From positions 1 to 38,256 of the forward strand of contig JALZUH010000063.1 of the NCBI GenBank assembly GCA_023301645.1: a DNA stretch of 38,256 bases, written 5' to 3'. How positions within the stretch are numbered: the first letter of the stretch is position 1; the number at the start of each line of letters is the position of its first letter. This DNA is from Akkermansiaceae bacterium. GTDB taxonomy: Bacteria; Verrucomicrobiota; Verrucomicrobiia; Verrucomicrobiales; Akkermansiaceae. Below the pieces are notes generated by a model. It made no database searches. It was not told where the DNA came from and saw nothing but the letters and a program-made list of their open reading frames with translations. Position numbers and translations under genes: made by a program. Positions 1 through 10,201 of the stretch are shown here, in pieces.

Positions 1-1035
1 GAAGGAAACCGTGGCAAGCGTGGTGGCTACCTCGAAACAGCGCTCGCATCACTACTTACCGCCGAAGCCGCAACGACCGTTAACAACTGCGCAGCCGCTC
101 TCGTGCTCATCCTTCGTGCCCTCTGCTCTGAGGATAAAAATGAAGTCATCGTCTCCCGTGGTGAGCTCGTAGAAATCGGTGGCGGATTCCGCATCCCTGA
201 AATCCTCGAAACATCAGGAGCCAAGCTCGTCGAAGTCGGTGCTACGAATAAAACCCACCTCGAAGACTACCGCAAAGCGATAACCCCACGCACCGCCATG
301 ATACTCAAGGTGCACCGCTCTAACTTCTACATTGGAGGCTTCACCGATGAGGCCTCAGCCGTTGAGCTATCAGCACTCGCTCGCGAGCACGGCTTCCCTA
401 TCGTAGAAGACATCGGCTCAGGTGCTATGCTCCACACCGACGAACTCGCCCCTATCGACCACGAGCCGACTCCGCAGCAGTCACTCGATCACGGCATCGA
501 TCTGGTTTGCTTCTCTGGGGATAAGCTCCTTGGAGGCCCACAGGCTGGTATCATCGCAGGCAAGTCCGAGCTCATCGCCCAGCTCAAGCAAGAGCCATTC
601 TTCCGAGCTGTCCGCTGTGACAAGCTCATCCTCACCGTGCTACAGGAGTCCATCGACACCTACCTCAGCTCACATGCGAATCAAGCAGCTGACCAAGTGC
701 CTACACTCGACTTCATTTCCTGTAAGCCCGAGCTACTGCAAAAACGCGCAGAAAACATCCTCGCTGCACTCCCCGCCAGTGCCCAAAAACTCTGCACCAT
801 CGCAGCCAGCACAGCCAGAACAGGAGGAGGCACCATGCCCAAGTCTGAGATCCCGTCGGTAAAGATCACCATCAAGCCAGAGAACATCTCTGTTACCAAG
901 CTAGCTAGAAACTTCCGAATCGGCACTCCAGCTATCGTAGGCACTATCGAAGATAATCACTTCCACCTCGATCTCTGCACCCTCTTCCCCCATCAGGACG
1001 AGCCACTTACCAAGGCGCTAGCAGCCACTCTTTAG
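1..1035 (+). CDS. selA: L-seryl-tRNA(Sec) selenium transferase, 5'-truncated by the window edge
   Basis: Frame open from base 1 (EGNRGKRGG...VNNCAAA). SelA motifs SRGELVEIGGGFRIP, KVHRSNF, EDIGSG and the PLP-lysine motif FSGDKLLGGPQAG. Confidence 0.95.
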   Translation, partial: EGNRGKRGGYLETALASLLTAEAATTVNNCAAALVLILRALCSEDKNEVIVSRGELVEIGGGFRIPEILETSGAKLVEVGATNKTHLEDYRKAITPRTAMILKVHRSNFYIGGFTDEASAVELSALAREHGFPIVEDIGSGAMLHTDELAPIDHEPTPQQSLDHGIDLVCFSGDKLLGGPQAGIIAGKSELIAQLKQEPFFRAVRCDKLILTVLQESIDTYLSSHANQAADQVPTLDFISCKPELLQKRAENILAALPASAQKLCTIAASTARTGGGTMPKSEIPSVKITIKPENISVTKLARNFRIGTPAIVGTIEDNHFHLDLCTLFPHQDEPLTKALAATL

Positions 1036-1064
1036 AGAGTAGCCCGCAATAGGCCCCTAGGACA

Positions 1065-4000
1065 TTAGTCCTTATGGGGCATGCCATACAGGTCTCTGAC
1101 GAGATCTTTAATCTCCTTGGCAATCACCATGAGCGCCGGAAGTAGCACTAGGGTAATAATCGTAGCAAAGAGAATACCAAAGGCTAGCGAGGCAGCCATG
1201 GGCTTCAGAAACTGAGCCTGCACCTCGCGCTCTAAGAGTAGAGGCCCCAGACCGAGGAAAGTCGTCAATGACGTCAGTAAGATAGCGCGGAAACGGTCAG
1301 CACCAGCGCGGAGGCAGGCATCGACAAGCCTCACCCCTTCCTGGCGCAGATCATCAACTCGGCTCACCAGCACCAGTGAGTCATTCACCACTACCCCCGA
1401 GAGTGCGAGGATACCGAAGACCGAGAGGATCGACACAGGGATATCCATGATGTAATGGCCAAGCAGAGCGCCAATAATGCCGAAAGGAATCACTGACATG
1501 ATAATAAGTGGCTTCGCGTAACTCTTGAGAGGAATAGAGATCAAAATATAAATAAAGACAATCGAGAAGCCGAAGCCAGTCAGCAGTGAACCCACTGACT
1601 TCTTGCGCTGCTCGGCAGAGCCACCCTGACTGATCGAAATATCAGGATACCTCGCCAGCATATCAGGGAAGTAATCCTCCTCTAAAAATGCCAATATTTC
1701 AGCTGCTGAGGTAACCCCCTTATCTACAGAAGCATCGACAGAAACCACTCGCTTATTGTCATAGCGGGTAATCGAGGCTAATGAATCAGAATACTCGGTA
1801 TTAGCCACCACCGAGAAAGGAACAGTAGCGCCATCAGCACGACGAACGCGCATATCTCTGAGACTATCAATCGATGAGCGATACTCTAATGGGTAGCGAA
1901 CTAGCACTCTCACCTCGTCACGGCCGCGCTGCACCCGCTGAGCCTCACGACCAAAGAAAGAATCACGCACATTCAATGCCAGATCACGCTTGGTAAATCC
2001 AGCCGCCTGCCCCTGACTAGTAATCGAGTAGTTGATCTCAGGCTTCCCCGAGTCGAAGCTATCATAAATATCAAATACACCCGTATAAGTTGCCAAGACT
2101 TCCTTGAGCTCATCGGCGACCGCCTTCAGTGAGTCTAGATGATCACTTTCCAAGTTCACACTGACATCACCGCCACGAGGCCCCGCTTTAGCGGCAAAGG
2201 TAAGCACACGCGCGCCCGAAATAGGGCCCACAGCTTTACGCCAGTCCTTAATAATCTGCTCCGTCGGCAAGTAATCACGCGTGGTCGAGCGTGTTAATTC
2301 ACTGACGATAGAAACAGTCGTATTCGAACTCGCCGAAACCTGAAGTTCTTCAAAGGGGTTCGTGCCGTATTTCTTCTCATACCGATCACCGAGCTCGCCG
2401 GCTACTTGTGCGATCGCCTTGGCTTGGTAGTGGAGGTAATCGACAGATTGCCCCTGATCTAGCTCTAGGTTTACAGAGATATTATCTTGGTAAATATTAG
2501 GGAAGAATACAAAGCGTAGCTGTCCCGCAGGAAACAGGCCAATAACGAGCATGAAAACCGCAATAAAAAAGGCAACTACGGCGTAGCGCCAGCTCACACA
2601 GAAGCGGATAAACGGGCGATAAAATCGATCGACCACATAGAGAAGCCCATTGGAGATCGACCGCTGAAAACGTGCCCACATCTTAGTAAAGCCGTTGCCG
2701 GGCTTACGATGCACATTCAGGTGCGCTAAGTGCGCCGGCAGTATCAGCTTCGACTCGATGAGGGAGAAGATCAGGCAGAAAATCACAGTAATGGCTATCT
2801 GGCCAAAGACATTCCCCATACGCCCAGACACCTGTGTCAGCGGAATAAATGCCGCGATGGTAGTAAGCACACCAAAGGTCGCAGGTGTAACCACCTTACC
2901 CACACCTCGGATCGTTGTTTGCAGCTCATCCTCATCATTATCAGACGGGTTAGCCTCTTTTTCTGAATAGATCGACTCACCAATCACAATAGCATCATCG
3001 ACCACAATACCCAGCACCACTAAGAAACCAAAAGCCGAAATAACATTCACCGACAAATCAAAAGCAGGAATCGGGAAGAGCGCTACTGCACCAGCTAGAG
3101 AAATAGGAATGCCAAGTGCCACCCAAACTGCTAAGCGGAAGTTAAGAAACAGCATCAAGGCTACCAGCACTAAGAGCACACCGACTACACCATTTCGCCC
3201 CAGTAGGAGGAGGCGGTCGCGAATATTGGTGCCACCATCGAGCCATGTGGCAAGCTGCACACCCTCAGGCAGCCCCTTGTAGTTCTCCACCACCGCTCTG
3301 GCCTGCTTCACCGACTTGAGAATATCGTCATTACCCTCAGTGGTAATTTCCAAACTCGTCGTAGGCTTCCCCCTAAAGATATTAAGAAACTTCTGATCGA
3401 CAAAATCATCGCGAACCTCTGCCACATCCTTCACGAGAATACGTGTGCCGTCGGCATTGGTGCGAACAGGAATATGTTCAAAGTCCTCCTTCACGTAGGC
3501 CTGATCACGTGACTGCAGTGAAATATTACCACGATCTGAGAGCACATCACCTCCACCAAGATCAATCGAGTTATTACTCACCGCATCAGCCACCTCGGCA
3601 AAGGTCAGCTGATAGAGCCTCAGCTTCTCCTCCGAAGGCTCAATGGATATTTCATAATCGCGCCCACCGATGGTATCGACCTGTGAAATAGAAGACTCCT
3701 CTAGTAGCCTATCGCGTAACTTTCGTGCAGCCTCCTTACGAACTAACTCCGAAGCATCGCCATAGAGCTCCACCCAGAGCACACGTAGTCTTCGCTTATT
3801 CTCACGGATGACAGGATTCTCTGCCTGCTCGGGAAATGACGGGATCGAGTCCACTTGGATCTTCACATCGTCGAGTAGCTTCGTCACCTGATACCCCTCT
3901 TTGGCAGTAATGGTAACTGTTACCTGAGCATCCGAGCTGACAGAGCGCACGTGGTCTATACCACTCACCCCTTGGATAGCTTCTTCTATTTTGATCGCTA

Positions 4001-4205
4001 CACCACGCTCCACATTCTCAGGAGTTCCCCCACGGATAGGCACCACTACCGTGACCGACTCCGCATCGAAGGCTGGAAAACCCTCCTTCCTCACAGTAAG
4101 AGCGGTAAAGATCCCTGCCACTAAGATCGTGAGCATAAGGATATTTGCCACCACCGGGTTAGCCGCAAACCAAGTTAAGATAGGATGTTTCTTATGTAGT
4201 GACAT
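1065..4205 (-). CDS. RND efflux transporter permease (AcrB/AcrD/AcrF family)
   Basis: 1046 aa, two large periplasmic loops and two TM bundles. TM4 GIVVDDAIVIGE and TM11 RFRAILLTSLTT motifs. Confidence 0.95.
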   Translation of the reverse strand: MSLHKKHPILTWFAANPVVANILMLTILVAGIFTALTVRKEGFPAFDAESVTVVVPIRGGTPENVERGVAIKIEEAIQGVSGIDHVRSVSSDAQVTVTITAKEGYQVTKLLDDVKIQVDSIPSFPEQAENPVIRENKRRLRVLWVELYGDASELVRKEAARKLRDRLLEESSISQVDTIGGRDYEISIEPSEEKLRLYQLTFAEVADAVSNNSIDLGGGDVLSDRGNISLQSRDQAYVKEDFEHIPVRTNADGTRILVKDVAEVRDDFVDQKFLNIFRGKPTTSLEITTEGNDDILKSVKQARAVVENYKGLPEGVQLATWLDGGTNIRDRLLLLGRNGVVGVLLVLVALMLFLNFRLAVWVALGIPISLAGAVALFPIPAFDLSVNVISAFGFLVVLGIVVDDAIVIGESIYSEKEANPSDNDEDELQTTIRGVGKVVTPATFGVLTTIAAFIPLTQVSGRMGNVFGQIAITVIFCLIFSLIESKLILPAHLAHLNVHRKPGNGFTKMWARFQRSISNGLLYVVDRFYRPFIRFCVSWRYAVVAFFIAVFMLVIGLFPAGQLRFVFFPNIYQDNISVNLELDQGQSVDYLHYQAKAIAQVAGELGDRYEKKYGTNPFEELQVSASSNTTVSIVSELTRSTTRDYLPTEQIIKDWRKAVGPISGARVLTFAAKAGPRGGDVSVNLESDHLDSLKAVADELKEVLATYTGVFDIYDSFDSGKPEINYSITSQGQAAGFTKRDLALNVRDSFFGREAQRVQRGRDEVRVLVRYPLEYRSSIDSLRDMRVRRADGATVPFSVVANTEYSDSLASITRYDNKRVVSVDASVDKGVTSAAEILAFLEEDYFPDMLARYPDISISQGGSAEQRKKSVGSLLTGFGFSIVFIYILISIPLKSYAKPLIIMSVIPFGIIGALLGHYIMDIPVSILSVFGILALSGVVVNDSLVLVSRVDDLRQEGVRLVDACLRAGADRFRAILLTSLTTFLGLGPLLLEREVQAQFLKPMAASLAFGILFATIITLVLLPALMVIAKEIKDLVRDLYGMPHKD

Positions 4206-4319
4206 TGGAAAAAGTTGAATTGGAAATAAAAGACGAGGAAAAGGACGACAATGAACTAGCTAGTAGTTTGATATAAGAAGGATCAGACAGATGAGATGAT
4301 TATACGTAATAAATAAGAA

Positions 4320-5564
4320 TTAAGCTTCCCCCTCTTTCTTGCCACTCTCCTTACCCTCGCCCCTCTTCTTACCCTCGCCCTTATCAGATGGTTTCTTTGC
4401 TGAATCACTCCCTGTAGACACCTCATCGCCACTTTTGAAATTTGTCAGTGGGCGGGTCACGATCTTTAGCGGTGGCGTTAGATCCTTAGTCTCGATAGTG
4501 AGAAATACATCGCCCTCGTAGCTTTGTCTTCGTATGGCGACGAGTCGCTGTAGTCGGCTCTCTGTATCTAGTGCCCAGACATACTTATCATTGACCAGCG
4601 CTGCTTCATTAAGCTTATACGCGCCCTTAATGGCTACAGCGGGAATAAGCGCATTCACAAAGGTCCCCATTGCAAGTGGCTGGGTATGGCTAGTATAAGG
4701 ATTTTCGATCTCGGCAATCACGTAGCTGACTTGGTTCGCCTCATCGATCACAGCCTCAGTGCGGACGAGATCCCCCTGCCACTCTAGCCCTTCATGAGAT
4801 GGACTAGTAAGAGTCACATTAAGTGGCTGACCACTTTCTGAGCTACCTGTAGTGCTAACCGGTAGCTTTACTCTGCTAAACTGCTCAGCCGAAAGAGGTA
4901 AACGAACTTCAGACTTCTCTGTAGCGACTAGTCTACCCAGTGACTGCTGCGAATTCGCTAAATTACCCAGTGAGGCAGAGCGTGCGAGCACCACTGCATC
5001 ATAAGGAGCGCGGATAACGGTGCGCTCGATATCGACTTTCGCCTTAGCCTCGGCAGCCTCAGCTGATTTGATATTCGCCCGAGCTGCTGCTAGCTGAGGC
5101 TTTCTCAGCACGAAGTCAGATGCCTTAGCCAATGAACGCCCCGATGCGACCCAATCCTCCGAAGCCTGCTTCACACGGATCTCCTCCTCTGCTAATACCT
5201 GCATAGCCGTCACCTTAGTCGCTGTCAGCCCCGCTAGTATTGCATGATAGTCAGTCGCATCGATACGAGCTAGGAGCTCACCCTTCTTCACCATCACACC
5301 CACTTTGAACTGCTCCGACACTTCGACGATCTCACCTGTCACCTGTGGTGTGAGCGTAGTTTCAAAATAACTCTGCACTGTGCCAAAACTCCGCACAGGA
5401 GGAGTATGATCCTCAGGGGAAACATCAGCAATACTCACTACGGGGATGACCACCTTCGCCTGCTTGCTCTTCTTTGGCGGCTTCAGGCTCTTGAGCTTAC
5501 TGTAGCCAGCAAAGCCGATAGCGATGATGAGTAGAGGGAAGAGGATTTGGCCAAGTAGTTTCAT
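4320..5564 (-). CDS. RND efflux membrane fusion protein (periplasmic adaptor)
   Basis: N-terminal TM anchor, lipoyl half motifs (VTGEIVEV...VKKGELLARID; TVIRAPYDAVV) and a coiled hairpin. Lies between the OMF and RND genes. Confidence 0.92.
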   Translation of the reverse strand: MKLLGQILFPLLIIAIGFAGYSKLKSLKPPKKSKQAKVVIPVVSIADVSPEDHTPPVRSFGTVQSYFETTLTPQVTGEIVEVSEQFKVGVMVKKGELLARIDATDYHAILAGLTATKVTAMQVLAEEEIRVKQASEDWVASGRSLAKASDFVLRKPQLAAARANIKSAEAAEAKAKVDIERTVIRAPYDAVVLARSASLGNLANSQQSLGRLVATEKSEVRLPLSAEQFSRVKLPVSTTGSSESGQPLNVTLTSPSHEGLEWQGDLVRTEAVIDEANQVSYVIAEIENPYTSHTQPLAMGTFVNALIPAVAIKGAYKLNEAALVNDKYVWALDTESRLQRLVAIRRQSYEGDVFLTIETKDLTPPLKIVTRPLTNFKSGDEVSTGSDSAKKPSDKGEGKKRGEGKESGKKEGEA

Positions 5565-5620
5565 AAAATAGAATAAAGTAGTAAAATGCTAGAAAGGTTA
5601 GGAAAGATAATCGCGATAAA

Positions 5621-7024
5621 TTATAACCCCTTACCCAGAGCAAGGGCTAGAGATACACGGTTATTATAGCGCTCTAGGGTAGTATTAATCAGAGCCTCCT
5701 CGGTGGTAAATGAACGGCGCTGAGTATCAAGAAGGGTGAGAATCTCCACTAGACCAGATTCGTAGTCACGCTTGGTTCCCTTCTCCGCAGATCGTGAAGC
5801 CTCTAGCGCACTTCTCGTAGCTGACTGCTGCAAGAGAAGCTGCCTCTCTGAGCCCAGTGCATCTTCTACCTCACGAAGAGCTTCTAGCACAATAGACTGG
5901 TAGTCGAGGAGGGCTCGCTTAGCACGAGCATTAGCAGCCCCTAGCTCAGCGCGTCGCCCTCCACCATCGAGTAATGGTGCTGACACTCCAGCTAAGATCG
6001 ACCACACATTGAAGTTTGAATTCGCCAGATCACGCAGCGTTGAGCTATCCCGCCCACCTGATGCAGTAAGGTTAAAGCTCGGGTAAAGATCTCTGTGAGC
6101 AACTTTCACGCGCGAGTCAGCTGCTAGAATACGCTGAAAGGCAGCATCCACATCGGGACGATTCATTAATAGATCAGAAGGAATCCCAGCTTTCACCCCA
6201 CCTTTAAGTGATGGCCAGCTCTGGCTAGAGCTACGAGAAGAAGCACTTGTATCGGGATAGCTACCAGTCAGCACAGCCAATGCACGAGCAGCACGATCAC
6301 GAGTATCCACTCGGTCTGCTACCTGCGCCTTCGAGCTCTCTAGATCAGTCCGGGCTAGATGCGTATCGGCAAGCCCCCCTGTGCCAGCCTCGAATCTACG
6401 ATTCACCAGATCATAGGAGTTCTGAAAGCTCTCTTGACGGCGCTTAGCCAGACTCACTAGCTTATCTGCTGCTAAGAGATTAAAGTAAGACTGAATCGTC
6501 TGCGCGGCAATCGAGTCTCTAGCAGCGGTGTAGTCCGCCTCAGCTGCATCAAAGTCACGAGAGGCTGCAGTCACCCCCGCCTTAATTCGCCCCCAGACAT
6601 CGAGCTCCCACCGCGCATCAAGTGAAGGCGAGAAACGAGTCGCCAAACTCCTGCTATTGAGTGAGGGCGCCTGCACACGTGAAGTCGCCGCTGCAGCGGT
6701 AAGACTCGGCCGAGAAGGAGCACCGACACGAGTCACATCAAATCCCGCCTCCTCTAGCTCAGCTGCACTAGCCTGTAAGTCCAAGTTATGGGCCAAGGCA
6801 TCATCGACATATGAGCGCAGCACCTTACTGGGGAAAAGTGTCAGTAAGCCACTGCGTAGCTCCATCACTGGTGGTGGCGTAGCATCATAGCGCTTAGGCA
6901 TTACGAGCCTGCCTGTCGCCGAGTGCGACGGAGTCGGCGCACATGACCCCATAGCCAGTATAAGAGCACTAGCCAATACGGTGACCGACACTGCAGCCGA
7001 AGGTAAAATGAAATGGGAGCGCAT
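5621..7024 (-). CDS. Efflux outer-membrane factor lipoprotein (NodT/OprM/TolC family)
   Basis: Lipobox-like AMGSC, WELDVWGR, PSDLLMNRPDV and C-terminal LALALGKG motifs. Confidence 0.93.
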   Translation of the reverse strand: MRSHFILPSAAVSVTVLASALILAMGSCAPTPSHSATGRLVMPKRYDATPPPVMELRSGLLTLFPSKVLRSYVDDALAHNLDLQASAAELEEAGFDVTRVGAPSRPSLTAAAATSRVQAPSLNSRSLATRFSPSLDARWELDVWGRIKAGVTAASRDFDAAEADYTAARDSIAAQTIQSYFNLLAADKLVSLAKRRQESFQNSYDLVNRRFEAGTGGLADTHLARTDLESSKAQVADRVDTRDRAARALAVLTGSYPDTSASSRSSSQSWPSLKGGVKAGIPSDLLMNRPDVDAAFQRILAADSRVKVAHRDLYPSFNLTASGGRDSSTLRDLANSNFNVWSILAGVSAPLLDGGGRRAELGAANARAKRALLDYQSIVLEALREVEDALGSERQLLLQQSATRSALEASRSAEKGTKRDYESGLVEILTLLDTQRRSFTTEEALINTTLERYNNRVSLALALGKGL

Positions 7025-7320
7025 GAGGAGAGGTTTACAAAAAGAGTCTGAGAGGGAGTCAGGAAGTAGCTAAGGGGATGCTTGCTTACAAGCAACACTT
7101 TAAAGACGTATCAAAAGCACACAAGTAGAGTTTTATGTGAGTTAGCAGTGATTCCACCTTATTTCCATGAGTCCGTTTCACCACCTTTCAAACACCTCTA
7201 CTTAGTAATAGTTTTAAGATTCTTTGCGCTATCCCCACCTTACGGCAGAGTTGTCTTTTTTTGATAAAAAAACCGTTTAATGTTTAGCATTAGCTATTTC
7301 TACCATACCCTCCCCTCGCC

Positions 7321-7599
7321 ATGGCTCTATCTATTAAAAATAGCGAAGTAATCTGCTTCTACGACCTTCAATACCGCTGGACTAAGCGCAGCACACAGAA
7401 CTTCGTCGAAGTCTGTATCGAGCTTAATGAATTCCCCGAAGGTCAAATGATCATCGCCATCTGCCCGCGCGTCTTCCGCCCCGACATGGTCGAGGAGGTC
7501 ATCGAAGAAGGCCGTAAGCTCGGCTGGGATCCAGAAAGTATCGCCGAGCCATTCAATGTAAGGCTCACCAAGCGAGGTGTCTCACTCCCCCGTAAGTAG
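7321..7599 (+). CDS. Hypothetical protein, 92 aa
   Basis: ATG-started ORF filling the gap, with host-like C-ending codons and a globular composition (EEGRKLGWDP). No family recognised. Confidence 0.6.
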   Translation: MALSIKNSEVICFYDLQYRWTKRSTQNFVEVCIELNEFPEGQMIIAICPRVFRPDMVEEVIEEGRKLGWDPESIAEPFNVRLTKRGVSLPRK

Positions 7600-7617
7600 C
7601 CATCAGAAGTAAACTCT

Positions 7618-9201
7618 CTATACAGCCGTCGCAGCGGCTGCTTCGGCACACTTCATGCCATCAAGAGCAGCGGAGATGATACCACCTGCATAGCCAGCCC
7701 CTTCACCACATGGGTAGAGCTTTGCGACTTCAGGGTGCTGTAGGTCATGTTCATTACGAGGGACTCGAAGCGGACTACTCGTCCGTGTTTCAAAGCCGAG
7801 CATACCAGCCTCCTCGGTGATATAGCCGTGCATGCCTTTACCGAATTTACGCAACCCAGTCTGCATGCGCGTGGTGATAAACTCAGGCATGACCTCATGT
7901 AGCGGTGCTGAGGTAAGTCCAGGGAAGTAGCTCGTCCCGGGTAAACTCGATGACACCTTCCCTGCAAGGAAGTCTGTCACCCTCTGGCCGGGTGCCTTCT
8001 GCACACCACCACCCGTCTTCGAGGCTAATACCTCCATCCATTTCTGAAAGGCAATACCGGCCATGATACCGTGCTCTTTTTCAAACTCTCTGGTATCCTC
8101 AGGATCGACACTCACCACCATACCACTATTGGCATAAGGAGAGTCGCGTCGAGACAAAGACATGCCATTGACCACTACCTCATCATTCTCTGTCGCGGCT
8201 GGCACGATAAAGCCACCCGGACACATGCAGAAGGAATGCACGCCACGCCCTCCGATCTTACAAGCCAGACGGTATCGCGCTGCTGGCAGATTACGAGGTC
8301 TCTCAGTGCCTAAGGGGTAATGATACTGAATGCTATCAATGAGCGGCTGGGGATGCTCAATACGAACGCCCACGGCGAACGTCTTACGCTCCATGAGGAT
8401 ATTCTCCTCAGCGAGCATTTTATAAATATCACGCGCGCTGTGCCCCGTAGCAAGAATCACCGCATCTCCGGTAAACTCTCTACCATCTGCTGTAGCCACA
8501 CCATGCATCTGCTTGCCATCCCCTGAACGGAGGAACTCGGTGACCTTAGCACCGAAGTGGACTTCACCTCCCGCTTGGAGAATGCTCTCACGCATCGCCT
8601 TCACGACATTAGGCAGGAGATTCGAGCCGATATGCGGGTGCGCATCAGTCATGATAACAGGAGGCGCGCCGTGGGCTACGAGAGTGCCATAGACATCTCG
8701 CACAGGCCCTCTTTTGGTCGCACGGGTGTAGAGCTTACCATCTGAGTATGTCCCTGCCCCACCTTCGCCGAAGCAGTAGTTAGAATCTTCAATAACGGTG
8801 CCCTTACGCATAATAGGCCCGAGGTCGAACCTACGAGCTGAGGCGTCTTTACCTCGCTCTAAAACAATAGGCTTACACCCCAGCTCAATTGAGCGCAGCG
8901 CTGCAAACATACCAGCAGGCCCACTACCAATGATCACAATCTTTCGAGCAGAGTCACTCACAGGTTTATAGTTCACATGGAACTCTGGCTCAGGAGGTAG
9001 AGACATCTCAACCCCCACCTCGATACGAAGCTGCACCTTGAGATCCTTCCTGCGTGCATCAATGGAGTGCTTAAGCAGTCGCATTTCTTTAATCTGCTTA
9101 GGATGACAGCGTAGCTTACGCGCTACTTTACGACCCCATGCTACTTGATCCTCTCCCTTATCTAGGGCGAGAATGATATCGACTGTCTCTATGCGCTTCA
9201 T
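7618..9201 (-). CDS. FAD-dependent oxidoreductase (COG2509-like NAD(P)/FAD-dependent dehydrogenase)
   Basis: GSGPAG Rossmann motif, FGEGGAGTYSDGKL, PHIGSN, SFCMCPGG, ETRTSSP and GEGAGYAGGIISAALDG. Start taken at ATG 9201 (MKRIE) rather than 9258. Confidence 0.88.
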   Translation of the reverse strand: MKRIETVDIILALDKGEDQVAWGRKVARKLRCHPKQIKEMRLLKHSIDARRKDLKVQLRIEVGVEMSLPPEPEFHVNYKPVSDSARKIVIIGSGPAGMFAALRSIELGCKPIVLERGKDASARRFDLGPIMRKGTVIEDSNYCFGEGGAGTYSDGKLYTRATKRGPVRDVYGTLVAHGAPPVIMTDAHPHIGSNLLPNVVKAMRESILQAGGEVHFGAKVTEFLRSGDGKQMHGVATADGREFTGDAVILATGHSARDIYKMLAEENILMERKTFAVGVRIEHPQPLIDSIQYHYPLGTERPRNLPAARYRLACKIGGRGVHSFCMCPGGFIVPAATENDEVVVNGMSLSRRDSPYANSGMVVSVDPEDTREFEKEHGIMAGIAFQKWMEVLASKTGGGVQKAPGQRVTDFLAGKVSSSLPGTSYFPGLTSAPLHEVMPEFITTRMQTGLRKFGKGMHGYITEEAGMLGFETRTSSPLRVPRNEHDLQHPEVAKLYPCGEGAGYAGGIISAALDGMKCAEAAAATAV

Positions 9202-9305
9202 GCTAAGTGTGATAACTAAATATGATAAATAACCTTCGTAAACCTCATAAACCATCACGGTTTACTTCACCTTAATGACGGCACCTCAGTAAGGTGCTCT
9301 TGACG

Positions 9306-9677
9306 TTAGGCTGACGCCTCAATAGCACACTTTTGTCCACTTTCATCCAAATTCACAAAAGAAACGCAAGTTGAGAAAATCACATCATCTTTACCGTGAT
9401 TCTCCCCACTGGTCTTACCACGTCTCACCATTACCGAATAGCTCACTGAAGTCTTACCGACACGAGACTGCTCACACTCGATTTTCAGGATAACGCCCCC
9501 TTCCACCCCGTGGTGAAACTCGACCTTATCCATTCCCACCGTGACGAATCTACACTGCGGGAAATCCAGGCTAGCTGCGATCCAGCACGCTTCATCCACC
9601 CAGCTGAGCATTTTCCCACCGAAGAGAAAGCCAAACTGATTAAGATCCTCAGGCATGATGAGACGATGAGTTTTCAT
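9306..9677 (-). CDS. Acyl-CoA thioesterase (hotdog fold, YciA-like)
   Basis: PEDLNQFGFLFGGKMLSWVDE and VGKTS motifs. Confidence 0.9.
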   Translation of the reverse strand: MKTHRLIMPEDLNQFGFLFGGKMLSWVDEACWIAASLDFPQCRFVTVGMDKVEFHHGVEGGVILKIECEQSRVGKTSVSYSVMVRRGKTSGENHGKDDVIFSTCVSFVNLDESGQKCAIEASA

Positions 9678-9730
9678 AGGTGTATTCGATGAATAAAAGT
9701 TGAATAAATGGTAACTAGCTGAACCAGAAT

Positions 9731-10201
9731 TTATGAAACCTTACTTATCTCAATCGCTTTATAGCGAATGTCTCCACGCGGAGAGGTTTTAACAATGCCC
9801 TCGATCTCATTCAGTGCATTATAGACGAGTCTTCGGTAATATGCATTGAGCGGCTTGAGCTTTCGCACCTTGCCATCCGCTAGCACCTCATAGGCGACTT
9901 GCTTCGCATCTGCTAGCAGGCGTTCTTCCTGCTTAGCTCGGTAATGATCGCAGTCCACCTTGACTCGAGGGGCGTCAGGGTAGTGTTTACAGAGAATACG
10001 GTTAGTCAGATACTGTAAGTCCTCCAAGCGATCGCCATGCTTACCGATAAGATGAGCACTCTCCTCTGTGATGATATTGAGACAAGGGCCGTCTTCATTT
10101 TCAGAAACCTCTAGCCCCACCTGAAAGCCTAACTTCGCAAGCATACTCTCTAGAATCTTCCCCGCTGCATCCACTTCATTCATGATGCGGAGCATAGACA
10201 T
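9731..10201 (-). CDS. Short Jag/EloR/KhpB-like RNA-binding protein (KH + R3H-like)
   Basis: KH GxxG loop LIGKHGDRLEDLQYL, then the R3H-like segment LKPLNAYYRRLVYNAL. No Jag_N domain. Confidence 0.85.
   Translation of the reverse strand: MSMLRIMNEVDAAGKILESMLAKLGFQVGLEVSENEDGPCLNIITEESAHLIGKHGDRLEDLQYLTNRILCKHYPDAPRVKVDCDHYRAKQEERLLADAKQVAYEVLADGKVRKLKPLNAYYRRLVYNALNEIEGIVKTSPRGDIRYKAIEISKVS

Noticed and set aside
7154-7241. Three CCACCTT copies in the efflux promoter region (also at 15866, 15987 and 31151), as an operator or Chi-like site
   Set aside because: Irregular spacing, frequent in coding sequence too, present in both orientations, and explained by the C-rich strand bias.
7082-7264. 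60-aa TTG-start ORF in the efflux promoter region
   Set aside because: AT-rich intergenic composition, weak start and no protein-like features.
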